Assembly: GCF_001194135.2 (NCBI RefSeq)
Contig: NC_068982.1
Location: 149,786,013-149,850,012 of the forward strand
Length of the DNA: 64,000 bases
Reading direction: 5' to 3'
DNA from: Octopus bimaculoides
Taxonomy: Eukaryota
Shown: positions 24,060 through 35,899 of the stretch, piece after piece
Layout of the letters: every line of letters begins with the position of its first letter
Numbering within the stretch: the stretch's first letter is position 1
Made by a program: the position numbers and the translations under genes
The notes under the pieces: generated by a model
The model's database searches: none
Told to the model about the DNA's origin: nothing
What the model saw: the letters and a program-made list of their open reading frames with translations, nothing else

Positions 24060-26758
24060 ATTCTGTCTCTTCAAATGACAAGATTCAGAAAGCAAGTACC
24101 TGGCACAACAATCCAGGACTAGGGTGGCAAACAAGCAACGATTTACTTGTTGAAAAAAGGAATAAGGAGGTTTGGCCTTCAACCAGAAACAAATACTGGA
24201 ACAGAACCTCTCCTTTTGGAGGTAATTATGGTTCCGTTAGTTCAGGATCTGTGATATCTAGCTCAAGCTACCAAAACCAAGGTCTTGAGACCAGTCAGGG
24301 ATCAAGTGCCATGCAAGGTCAAAGTGCTTCCGCGTGGAGCTCAAATCCCAATTATAATGGACTTGAAAGACACACTTGGAATGCTGGGAGCATCTCTAAT
24401 AGTTCTGCTGCCAATCTCAACAATGCAGGATGGGGTACCCTACCTCACAGTCTTTCGATGAATAGCCAAGGCCATAATATGCAACTTCGCTCTGGTTCTG
24501 CTGGAAATGATGGTAGTTCCATGAATTCTTTTGCTACAAGTAACATCCCCAGTATGGCATGGGGAGGACCTGCTTCTCAGGGTGGTGGCGGTGGTAATAG
24601 TGGTGGTGCTGGTGGCGGCGGAATGGGTCGTCCACCAAACACAGCCATACAGCTGATGCAACATAGTTCTGGCACAGGAGACATGAACAGTCACAACAGA
24701 TCTGTACCTAATAATGGTGCTTCACTCAGTACAAGTGAACCTCAGGGTGGCTGCCAGTCAAGAGGACATGGTGGCAATCAGTTATTGTGGCAGGGTGTTA
24801 ACCAGACTATCATGCCACCACCAGCTATTTCTTCACTTCGTGGTACTGGTTGCAGTGAACCCAGCTGGAATAGTGTTAATAATCAGAATAATCGACCATT
24901 AATGATAAACAATCAGGGAGATGGGTCTTTGACAGACAAACAGAGTGATAACACATGTCAGCAGAATTCTGGAGAGACCTCCACCAACTGGAGTGTGTTG
25001 TCGAGTGCCAATAGTGGGAATACAAAGAAAAACCCCAACAACTGGGACCGTGCTGTTTCACCTGCCACTAGTGTCAGTTCAGATTGGAGTAGTAACACTG
25101 GACAACGCAGCATCAGCCAACCACCAGTAAGTGGTAACCAGTGGAACAGCAACACACCTAACAGTAACAATAGCAATAGCAACAATACCACCAACCACCA
25201 AGGAGTAGGAGGAGGAGGTTCTTCATCATCTTCGTCATCTTCATCTTCATCGTCAAATCCACCCAAATCGCAGCCCAGTACATGGGCACAAGCTGCTGGA
25301 AAGGGACTCAATATTTCTTCCACTCCAAATTCCACTAGTGGAAATTCTACTGCTGGAAATAATGGATCTCGGTCATCCATCTCTTCTCAACGAGATGAGA
25401 TAAAACGGCTCATTGAAAGCAACGAAGGCTGGGGATCACGACCAATCAGGCAAGACAATACCTGGGTCGTGCAATTCTCGCCCAAATCTAAGCGAAAATT
25501 TGAAGAGGAATCAAATGTGTGGAATAATGGCAGCACAAATGGAACTGCTGTTTGGGAAGCAACTAAAGATGGTACTGCAATCTGGTATGGTACTGCTGGC
25601 AGACCTGGTGTGTCAGGGTTTCATCATGAATCAGACAATACAAATACCTGGGGTGATAAATCCAATAAAACCAGCTCAGGTGCTATAGGTAATGCTAGCG
25701 TTGGCAACACTGCTAGCAATAACCCTGTCCGGTGTAGTAGTGCAGGCAGTAGTGGGAGTGGAATTGGGAGTAATCCTGTGGGGAGTAACAATAATATTAC
25801 TATTAGTGGAGGAGCAAGCAATAGCAACATCATCCTTAGCAGCAGCAGTAGCAACAATAATAGCGGCAACAACAGTAGTTGCAGTAATAATGCCCAGGGT
25901 AATAACAATGTTGCCAATAATAGTAGCAGCAGCATTATGGGAAGCATTCCTATTCGTAACAATGGCAACAACCAATCTACTGGACCACAACCAAACATTG
26001 GCAGCAACAACAGTGATAAGAATGTTGGGATGTGGAGTAGCAGCAATGGCGGACCTGGGAGTGTTGGTGGCGGCAGTGGTAGCAGCAGTAATGCAAGTGG
26101 AGGAGGCAGCAGCTCTGGCAGCAGTACAGGAGGAGGTGTTGCAAATAGCGTAAGTGGAACAGGAAATGTGCAGCCTAAAAACTGGAACAAGACTGAAACA
26201 GGGTCCTGGAATGCAACTCATACTGCAAGCACCAATAATGGCAATATCAATGCTGGTATTAACAAAGGGCCAAAATCTTTCGGCCACTCAAACAGTGGCT
26301 GGGAAGAACCATCTCCACCCTCCCAAAGACGACATATTGATGTTGACAATGGTACATCGTATTGGGGAGATCCAGCACATCAACCTCAACCTCAGAATTG
26401 GAACAATCTTCCTAACTTATCTAACCCTCAGCAACCTCAACATCTCCAACAACAGCAACTTCACCACCAACAACAACAACAGCAGCAGCAACAACAACAA
26501 CCACAACAACATCAACAGCAACAACAGCAGCAGCAACAGCAGCAACAACAACAGCAACAACTACAACAACAACAACAACAACAACAGCAGCAGCAGCAAC
26601 AACAGCAACAACAGCAACAGCAAAGACAGAAAGATGACAACCAGTGGAATAAAGGACTTCCTCAAAAGCAAGCAAGTTCTGGCTGGGGCGATCCCGCACC
26701 TCCAAAACCACAAGCTGATGATGGCACAAGTATTTGGGCCACAAGTGCTCAACAACAG
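24060..26758 (+). CDS. TNRC6: GW182/TNRC6 large exon: N-terminal GW/WG-repeat Argonaute-binding region with polyQ
   Basis: Acceptor ttttatttttacag|24060 (phase 1) and donor CAG|gtcagt (phase 0); 2699 nt open. Motifs EGWGSRPIRQDNTW, SPKSKRK, VDNGTSYWGDP and DDGTSIW resemble TNRC6 Ago-binding motifs. Confidence 0.95.
26429..26623 (+). repeat. CAA/CAG trinucleotide tract encoding a 65-codon polyQ interrupted by P/H/L
   Basis: Read directly from the sequence and the 24032 ORF translation. Confidence 0.97.
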
Positions 26759-28598
26759 GTCAGTGGAGTTTTATATTATTTTCTGTTTTTAACTTTTGTG
26801 GGGTTTTTTTGTACATTCATTTGTCTCTTCTATTGCAACCATTACTTATTAACTACAGCCTATTTCAATCGTTTGACTTATTGTATACTGAAGAGTGTGA
26901 AGTAAATGAGAACTGTTTGGATGTAATTATATAACACCTGTAATGAGTATTACTACTATGTATAATTTCTTTATAAAGTCAAAAATTAATTTTTGTCTAG
27001 TAAAGATTAAGCCTTTTTTGCTGTCAATATTTCTAGTTTTCTTCCAAGACTTGCACTACTCTCTCATGACATGAACTTTTCTCTCAAAACATGCACTTCT
27101 CTCAAAATGTGCATTTCTCTATCAAAATATGCTCTTATCTGTCAAGACATGTACATCAGAGTGAAGCCGAAAGGCATGCATGTCTCTTTGTCAGTCCAAG
27201 TCTTGTATATCTGTGTATCAAGTTCATTCTCTACATTCATGTGTCTAGATTTTAGTTGTAGTTTTATGTTCAGTTGAGGTTAAGTCATGATTTTATTAGT
27301 TCTTCCATGTTAACTTTAGTTTAATTGTGCCTCTGTATTAAAAAAATGACTTCAGTTACATTTTTATGTAGTAGCATTGTCTGGCAGATTATTCTTTTCT
27401 TATCCAAAGTTTTCTTCAAAAATATTGCAAGGAAAACTATTCAAAACTCATTAGAACCAAATGAATGGGTTGATATACCTAATTTATTTAATCAAATGTT
27501 GTTAGGATCTGAGCAGTTAAAAGAAGATAATTAATTTTCAAACATCATTTTCATTACCATCATTACCAACTTAACATTGTCTTTTCCCATCTACACATAA
27601 TGGCCTGACTCAACTAAAATATATGAAATGCATTACTTGACATAGAAGTACACACCAATTTTCAAGGGTGGTATCTAAAAGAAAGCTGTTTTAAAATAAA
27701 AAGAGAAAAAACATCAGTTATATAAGTAAAAAATGTTCATTGAACATGTCAGTATAGGAAAATAGTTATTAAATTGATAATGTAAAAGTAATGACAGGTG
27801 TGTGTGCACATGTGTATGGTAACTATAATGTAGATTTTCAAAATAAAACTTACTAACTCACATTTCTCAAATGAAGTAGGTTATCTTTTTTAATTTTTGT
27901 TGTGAATTTCTCTTTAAATGTCATAATTATTTTTATAAAAAATTTGATAACTTGTAACATTTATTTATCCAGTGTATATCTGTTGTACTAATATGTGTTC
28001 TTTTTATAGGATTAATTTCTCTTTTTTGTTGTACCTGTAAATATATATATATATATGTGTGTGTGCTATTTAACCATTTCAGATTGAACTGTTTATGATT
28101 CAACATATTGCAGTTACTTCTATTCTTACACATCACTTAACTGTTTTGTGAATGTGAGGTTTTGAAAGCACTTACGTTTTTGAGATGCATGAAAGTGCAC
28201 AAATGTCCAAATTTGAAATCTGGACACTTCAGTCATTTTGAATTGGATTGCTATTTCAGGTTTATCTGCTAAATATGTAAGCAGTAACATTCAATGACAA
28301 AAGGGTTCAAAAGTTTCCCACAAAATAAAAAGATCTTAATCTTCCAAAATTGGAGGGCAAATCTTTTCTTTACTTTTGGATTGAAAACTTTTTATACTTT
28401 GTCAGAATATTTTGAATGAAAGAAAGTAAATCCCTGATGATCAGTCAACCATAAGATTTCAAACTTAATAATAATTCACCAAATTTCACTGCTCAGTGAA
28501 TGAAAATTCTGTCAAACCAATTTCATTACTTTATGATACTGTTAGAAAAGAGCTCTATTGAACTGATAATTGCAGGTTATTTCAACTCTAATTTGTAG

Positions 28599-28721
28599 GC
28601 AAAATCTAATGGTTGGGATACCGGTGGCACACAATGGGGGGCTGCAGCTATGGCTTCCAAATATAGACCAGCACCTAACTGGCATGATAATGACATAAAT
28701 TCTTGGAATCCTCAAAGAAAG
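28599..28721 (+). CDS. TNRC6: GW182 exon (phase 0-0): AKSNGWDTGGTQWG...SWNPQRK
   Basis: Acceptor ctctaatttgtag| and donor AAG|gtgagt; 123 nt, open, four Trp motifs. Confidence 0.9.
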
Positions 28722-30007
28722 GTGAGTTAGAAGGCTTTTGGAAACAGATATTTCAATCTACCAAAGAGACTGGCTTCTTTAAGACAATAAACCTGTATAT
28801 GCTGACGTGTACATATATGTTAGGCCTTCTCATGTCTATCACATCAACAAACTTAAACCACATTTATAGTTTTATTGGCTTTGAATATTTTCATCAACAT
28901 TTCAGAAGTTAGTTTAGCGGATGTTTCTGTTGGGGTTGGTTATTGTAGTAAAATAAATAGGTTTTTAAAAAATTTGGAAAACAATTTGCAGATTTTTCTT
29001 CTGAGCATTTTTGTTTAATTTCTTCAATTAAATAAAAAATATTTTTTGTCCTTCCCTTTTATTATTCTTTTTTTTATTACTTTGAATACAGTAATAATTA
29101 TTATAAATATTATTAGTTTTGTAATTGTTAATAAAAGAAATCATCTTTTTTGTAAGCTGTAAGAATAAATGTGTAATCACATTCAAAATGGCTGGTAAAT
29201 ATGGTGATTATCTGAATGTGTTATTTTCAATTACTGTTATCATGCATTTTGCTGATTGTGACAATACTCTTTGTTATGTAATATTGTTGACACAACCAAA
29301 ATCTTGATATCTTTTAGATTATATTTGTTTTGTTTTGTTTTTTAAAATCCCTTTAAAAGATACACTGTATCAAAATAGTAATTTGTAAACAAATAGTTAT
29401 AAGACATTTTATAAATATATAGCTATATTATATATGTAAAGTTTTGCCAATCATTTTACTAGGACTTTAAATTATTTTGTTATAAATTTTTTCTTTTGGA
29501 CATTTTTGTTCTAAATTGTTAAAGTAGTAGCAGAATTATTAAAATTTTTTAAAATTTACATTTCCAGATAATATTGTTATACTTTGGGAGGGTTGTATTG
29601 ATCAAAATTCTTCCAAAACAAATTAAAAACTGAAATTTCTGGCTTTTGTTGCAATATTTTTGTTATCATAAGTTTTATAGTTACATAAATTTAATGAAAC
29701 AGTTTTCAAATTTTACAGAAAATTTGTTCATGCTTTCATTTTTTTTTTATTATTTTCTAAAGTTTTAATTATTTAGATAAAAGAATAATGTTTATATTTT
29801 TGAAATAAATTATTATTTAAGGACTATCTTTTTATCTGACTTATAGCTCCATTTTATGTATTTATATCTACCATTATTTCTCTTGATTTCTTTCTAATCA
29901 CTTTCCAGTTTCTCCTCTCTACATTAAAATCATATTTTCAAATGAGTTATATCATTTATTGATTGTTGCAACTGTGTAATGTCAGGTATTATGACTACTC
30001 CATAATG

Positions 30008-30650
30008 TCAGTGTGAAAAGTATGGCATGACAACTGAATAGTAACAGTATTATGAAAACAATAGTATGTGACAAGGAAGCTGCAATCTTGAGACAATTGA
30101 GGAGGGTGACAACTGACTTGTAGCACTGTGAAGACTATACAGTGTGATGACTGGGTGGTAGCTCCATGAGGGCAATTATTTAGAGTGACAGCTGAGTAGT
30201 AGCACAGAAAATAGAGAAGTGGAATGTGGAAACTATTTATTGGAATGGGTAGACTGAGTAGTTGTGTATAAACAGTGGAGTAAAATGTGACAACTGAATA
30301 ACACTGGAGACAATGGAGTGAAATATGATGAGTAAGTTGTAGGATTGAAGACAATGGAGGGTGGTGACTGAGTAGTAACACTGAATACAATGAAGTAGAG
30401 TATGATGACTGAGTAATAACACTGACGACAATGGAGTGTAATTTGTCTGATTTGTAACACTGAAGATAATGGGGTTGATTGTAATGAATATATAGGAACA
30501 TTGAAGACAGTAGAGTAGAATGTAATGGTTGAGTAGTAACACTGTGATGACAGTGGATTTTAATATGAAGATTTACAACGGTGTTGTCTAGAAAATAGTT
30601 TAGCATACATTGTATAGTGTTTATTGAAGACTGATACGATTGAGTTGTGT
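30008..30650. repeat. Degenerate ~40-bp minisatellite (consensus about GTGACTGAGTAGTAACACTGAAGACAATGGAGTAGAAT)
   Basis: ACTGAGTAGTAACACTGAA and GAAGACAATGGAG recur many times; ACTGAGT occurs at 30367 and 30408 (41 nt apart). Confidence 0.8.
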
Positions 30651-31281
30651 GGTAGGTAAAAGAATAGAAATTACTGACTAAATTATACACCATGTGTCAT
30701 TTGCTTGCTCTAATTAGAACTGTATCGCATGAGGAAAAGAAAGACTTCCAAATATTTGGGGGCAAATAAAAGGGAAGTTTTTTCACAAAATATTTGCTTC
30801 CTTAAAATTGTTTTACTTCTACTTAGAATTCCTTGGCACATTTATATATCATTGACACTTGAATGATCTTCACTGTTTGTGCTGGAAGACATTCTCAGAA
30901 ATGAAGGCAGTGGACATCTAGTGTGTTTCATCATATGTTAAAACTCAGTGCATATTTGTGCCTACTATGTCTTGTTAATAAGCAGCTTTCATATAAGGTT
31001 AGTAATTAGTACATAATAGAACACAAACAAGATAAATCTACATGTAAATTAGTATTAAAAAAAGAAGACTTAAAATTCTATAAAATGTCATTTTTTTCTT
31101 GTAGGAAAGTTGCATTCATTGAAAACATTTCTTTCACATTAAAAAGAAAGGCTTTCTCATCTTACAAATGACTTGTAATCTATGAGTAATTATAAAACTG
31201 AATTGAAATTACCTTCATTCGGTTTTTTATTTCAATTCTAACTTGTAACCACTGATATATGATAATGGAAAATGTACATCA

Positions 31282-31575
31282 CATTTAACGTCCGTTTTCC
31301 ATGCTAGCATGGGTTGGATGATTTGACTGGGGACTGGCGATCCAGATGGCTACACCAGACTCCAATCTGATCTGGCAGTTTCTACAGCTGGATGCCCTTC
31401 CTAACGCCAACCACTCTGAGAGTGTAGTGGGTGCTTTTTACGTGCCACCGGCACGCAGGCCAGTAAGGCAAAGCTGGAAACGATCGCGCTCAAATGGGGC
31501 TTTTTATGTGCCACTGGCACGGAATCAAGACCACTGCTCTGGCAGTGATCCCACTTGGATGGTGCTGTTAGCACT
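31282..31575 (-). mobile_element. SINE tail-family copy, well preserved
   Basis: CATTTAACGTCCGTTTTCCATGCTAGCATGGGTTGG...CTGGATGCCCTTCCTAACGCCAACC; homologous to the copies at 5670, 31664, 33420 and 45507. Confidence 0.85.
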
Positions 31576-31663
31576 CCCAAAATATAAAATACCTTTCCAA
31601 TAACTATTGCGTAGTCTTGTTTCTTCTTTAGTCTTCAGAAACTTGAAATGAAACTTTTCTTGT

Positions 31664-31837
31664 CAGTGCTGGTACCATGTGAAAATCACCCAGTACACTC
31701 TGTAAAGTGTTTGGCATTATAAAGGGCATCCAGCTGTAGAAACCATGCCAGATCAGACAATGGAGCATGATGCAGCCTTACCAGCTCCTATTAAACCATC
31801 CAATCCCTGCCAGCATAAACGTTAAATGACGATGAAG
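31664..31837 (+). mobile_element. SINE tail-family copy, inverted relative to the 31282 copy
   Basis: AAGGGCATCCAGCTGTAGAAAC...AACGTTAAATGACGATGA is the reverse complement of the 31282 copy. Confidence 0.85.
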
Positions 31838-32119
31838 CTACATGCTTCTACAACTCTAGGATTGACTACTCTCTATAAATTTGTTATCATGAAAATCAAG
31901 TGTTGATTGCTTATAAGGTCATTTTTCTAAATCTTCTAGAGAAATGAAATATTTAAATATTAAGTAAACTTATTTATTGTTTCCAACTCCAGTACTGTAA
32001 GCTTTGAAACGGCATGAGAAACTATTAGCAAAAACAAGAAGAGTCATAAGATCTTAATCTGTTGAGAATGCCTTTGAATGAGATGCCCCTGTTCTTTGGG
32101 ATATTCAAGCACTACACAC

Positions 32120-32330
32120 ACATATATATATATATACACACCTTGTTTGTTAACACATTTGACTGTGGCCATGTTGGGGCACCACCTTGAAGAATTTTTA
32201 GTCAAACGAATTGATCCCAGTACTTATTTTAAGCTAAGTACTTATTCTATTGGTCACTTTTTACCAAACCACTAAGTTATGGAGGGGCAGTAATACACCA
32301 ATGCTGGTTACCAAATTGTGGAAAACAAGA
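32120..32330. mobile_element. SINE-like fragment of a second family
   Basis: GATCCCAGTACTTATTTT...TACTTATTCTATTGG; its reverse complement AAAATAAGTAC matches copies at ~51850 and ~53140. Confidence 0.55.
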
Positions 32331-33101
32331 AGCATTACTATTTTTAAAAAATGAATAGGTAAAAAGAGATTTTGGTGTCCTAGCAGAGCTACAAATATCT
32401 AAGTAACTACAATTCTTTAATTTAAATTCAAAAGTTACTGATTATAGATTTTTTTTGTTTTTACTTGACACTTGGTGAGTAAGTTATTTAGTAAATTCTA
32501 GCTCTATTACCATACATTTCCTTGAACTGTTAGGCTCAATCATACTATGTTATTTACTTAATTAGCTGGAAAATATGTATCACTCATATTTTTGCTAAGA
32601 AATTCATATCTAGAAGGGCATCTAGCTTTTAGAAATTTTCTTTGCTAGTTCATTTTCCACTCTCCAAATGTTCAACAATATAAATTGCTATTAAATTTTT
32701 GAAGTCTAAAAATATAATCTATGCTGTCAGATGTCATGTATTGCTTGCCGTTCAATGATAATCTTATTAAACTAACATGTTTTCATTAACAACATAACTC
32801 TTTCATTTCTAAGAGCCTGGGAAGACTATAAATCTTGTCTTGTTCCCTCCTTCTATTTTTCTCTTTTTTTCTCTCTCAACATCATCTTTAACTTCATTTT
32901 TTACTGCTGTGTGTATTTTTTTGTTTAATCATGGTAAATTTAAATTGTTAGAATAGTTTCCCCCAAAAAGGATTATGTTTAATTTACATTTTTCATTATG
33001 TCCACTTAGAAATGCTGATATATTGCTATTACTTCTTCCTTTTCCATATTAAGTTGTTGGCCTCAGACATTAAACATTCTGAGTATGATTCTCTACAACA
33101 G

Positions 33102-33248
33102 GGTTGGAATGAAGATAGCAGTATAGGTAATCCTAATGTTGATACTGCTTGGCATGATGCTGACATGGGCACATGGAATGAGGGACCTCAGGAAAATAGT
33201 TCATGGAGTAGTGCTCCCGGTTGGAAAGGCAAACGGAATAATTTCAAG
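33102..33248 (+). CDS. TNRC6: GW182 exon (phase 0-0): GWNEDSS...GWKGKRNNFK; may start at 33054
   Basis: Acceptor ctctacaacag| (or tttccatattaag| at 33054) and donor AAG|gtaagc; five Trp motifs. Confidence 0.88.
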
Positions 33249-33419
33249 GTAAGCAATTTCAAGTAGAGAGTGCTTAATACATTGTAAATATATTAGCTGA
33301 AAGCTGAGGCCCTAGACAATTAGTCCAAAAAGTTAAATGTTTTTGAACCTTGTGAGAGAATTTTGCTCTTAATATTATTACTATCTTAAAAGTTCAGATA
33401 AAATTAGAAAAATTATTTT

Positions 33420-33570
33420 TTGTCATCAGCAGTACCATTTATCATCTGTTTTCTGTGCTAGCATGGGTCAAGCCTTTCAACAGGAGCCAGCGATCCAAAG
33501 GTTTGTGCCAATCTCTAATGTCTGCTTTGACATGGTTTCTATGGCTGGATGCCCTTCCTAATGCCATAAA
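33420..33570 (-). mobile_element. SINE tail-family copy
   Basis: TGCTAGCATGGGT...GGTTTCTATGGCTGGATGCCCTTCCTAATGCC. Confidence 0.75.
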
Positions 33571-34715
33571 TATTTACTAAAGTGAAAAAATCAAATTCTA
33601 AGCACTTAAAATATTTGAATTAATAAGAGTATGTTAACCTGAAAAAAGTTGATGTAAAAAGAAAATAAAAATAGGAAAAGCTGCATATTTTCCAATATAT
33701 TACAGTACCTACTTTTACCACATATCTCTGAATTCTTGTGAAATGAAAAGCTTAATTAGCACTGGTAAAATTTGAAATGAAAGCTAAACTATTGAATCAT
33801 GCTTCATTGGCTTATGATTGAGGCAGCAAAATTTGATTAATCAAAATAGTAAAGAAGAAAAAAGCTAGTCTAATAGTTTAGAAATTATATTTATTGTCTT
33901 GTTTTGAGGAAAGAAGTGAATGTATCAGTAGCCTTAGCAAGACCTCCAAGGCTAGTGAGATTGATGCCATTAACATTCTGCCTGAACTATTGCAAAAAAA
34001 AAAATAATAAAATGTGTGAGTAAGGACTGACGTGACATTCTGAAGAGAAAGACATGCTAAAGTGGTTATTTCAAGGCCGGGGAAGTAAGACAGAATATGG
34101 GTGACAAATGGTGGAGATATGAGTGAGTCAGAGCTGCCTGAGTGGAAATGGCACCTTGCTCTCAAGGAGCAGATTCTAGTGTAGAAATAGTTGTAAATAC
34201 AGAGAAAAGAGGTAGCACATTTGTGGTTCAGTATGGAGTGTGATTGTGATTCCATGCCAATCACTCAAGTAATATTTATTTGGATGCAGTCTAAGATGTG
34301 TCTGTGTGTGTGCACATGTGTATGTTGCTGCTGCAGCAGTAGCATCAATATCTTGGGTGTAAGAGCAATGCTCCATTGTGGTGTCATCTGAAATTTGTGG
34401 AAGATTAGTTGTTATTTGTTGCTGATATATTTTCTAGCTCTGCAGAGGATGACCAGTCTTTGTTTTGTAGCTCTTTTATACATGGAGCAGTTACTTTTAC
34501 TACACGATACCTTTTGCACTGCTAGCCACTAAAACATTAAATAATGTTTTGTGGATTAAGATTTGATAAACTCATTTACATAGACATAGTTTTCATGAAC
34601 ATCCATGTAGATGCAAACAAACACTGGTTATTTGGTTATAATTCAAAGCTAAATTTTCTTTCTCAATTACAATTAAATATTGTAGGGCAGAAATAATAAT
34701 GTTTCATTTTTACAG

Positions 34716-34802
34716 GGTGCTAACAAGTTTCCCGGTGGTGGTAGCCAAGCTCCTCTCATGAGAGTGAAGCTTTTGCAGCAACTCACTGACATGGGTTTCA
34801 AG
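34716..34802 (+). CDS. TNRC6: GW182 exon (phase 0-0): start of UBA domain (LLQQLTDMGFK)
   Basis: Acceptor gtttcatttttacag| and donor AAG|gtaagc; contains the MGF UBA hallmark. Confidence 0.92.
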
Positions 34803-35301
34803 GTAAGCTTTCATTAAACTATTTTGTTAAAGGAATATCTGAAGCTAGCTCTCATAGACCAGCTAAATATTTTCCTTATTATCAATCTTACAGAGTATTT
34901 AAGGATTGTTGATTGACTGAGTTTAAAAAAAAAAAGTTAACTTTCCCTCCCCTTAATTTTATGCATTTTTCATGTCTCTCTGTATGGAGGACCAAATATA
35001 TGATTTATCAGCAGTTATTGAAGTTGTGTGTGGTTCATTGGATACTGTGTGTTAGCTTGAAAGTTTAATTCACAAACTAAAAGTGCAACCTTTTTTTTCC
35101 TTAATTTTTCTCTTCCAAAAATGTATTGCATTGCAGTTTTATTTCCCTACTGTTCCCCTTTCCAACCTTGTTATTTCTTGTTGATTTCTTTTGTTTCTGT
35201 TAACTTCTACTTTCTATAAACCAGTTTTTTTTATGTATTGCCTCTTTGTATTACTCTCAATGCTTTGGACCCTTGTAAATAAAAGAAACTTATTATTATA
35301 G

Positions 35302-35359
35302 AGAGATGATGCCCAAACTGCCCTGATCAGCCATAACATGAACTATGATAATGCCCTCG
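35302..35359 (+). CDS. TNRC6: GW182 exon (phase 0-1): UBA helices RDDAQTALISHNMNYDNAL
   Basis: Acceptor tattattatag| and donor TCG|gtaaga; continues the UBA pattern MGF...A..AL...N..A. Confidence 0.92.
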
Positions 35360-35899
35360 GTAAGACTAAATCAAATATTGATTTTCTATTAATTTATGAC
35401 CTATTAATATAAATAATATGAAGATTACATAGATATACAGATAGTTAACAAGAGCATTTTGGTCTCAAAATTTGTAATATATGACTATAAAATTGGTTTT
35501 AAATGAGATATCAAAACATATATACTTCAAAACAATACATTCACTGGGAATATATCAACTACAGATAGTACAAAGTATTTCCATGAGTAAATCATTATAT
35601 GTTCTAAGTTTCCTATTTATTGGGATATTTTTTACTTCACCAACAGCTAGTCAGTTAAAAAGAAAAGAAACTCATTTTAAGTACTAAGAAATACAATGCT
35701 TGTAATTGATTTATACATTCCTCTATTCTAATTTTGTATATTTTAATTATACTTTGAAATTTGTATAATGAAGATAAGATTTTCGTTATTTGATTAGATT
35801 CTAGTTTTCTACTTAATTAGTTTGGTTGGCTTATGTTTTATGACTTGTAAATTTTCTTTAGCTCTATCTATTTAATAAATGATGTTTATTTACTTTTAG

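Noticed and set aside
24440-26792. Long overlapping and antisense ORFs (poly-Leu, poly-Val/Ala, poly-Asn/Ser; for example 25624-26190, 25676-26287, 26154-26792)
   Set aside because: Shadow frames of the Ser/Asn/Gly/Gln low-complexity GW182 exon; no independent domain or splice signals.
28576-28598. Upstream tgcag acceptor for the 28599 exon
   Set aside because: 23 nt upstream, so out of frame with the phase-0 donor at 26759.
29995-30693. 232-aa minus-strand ORF
   Set aside because: It translates the degenerate minisatellite; no recognisable domain or exon structure.
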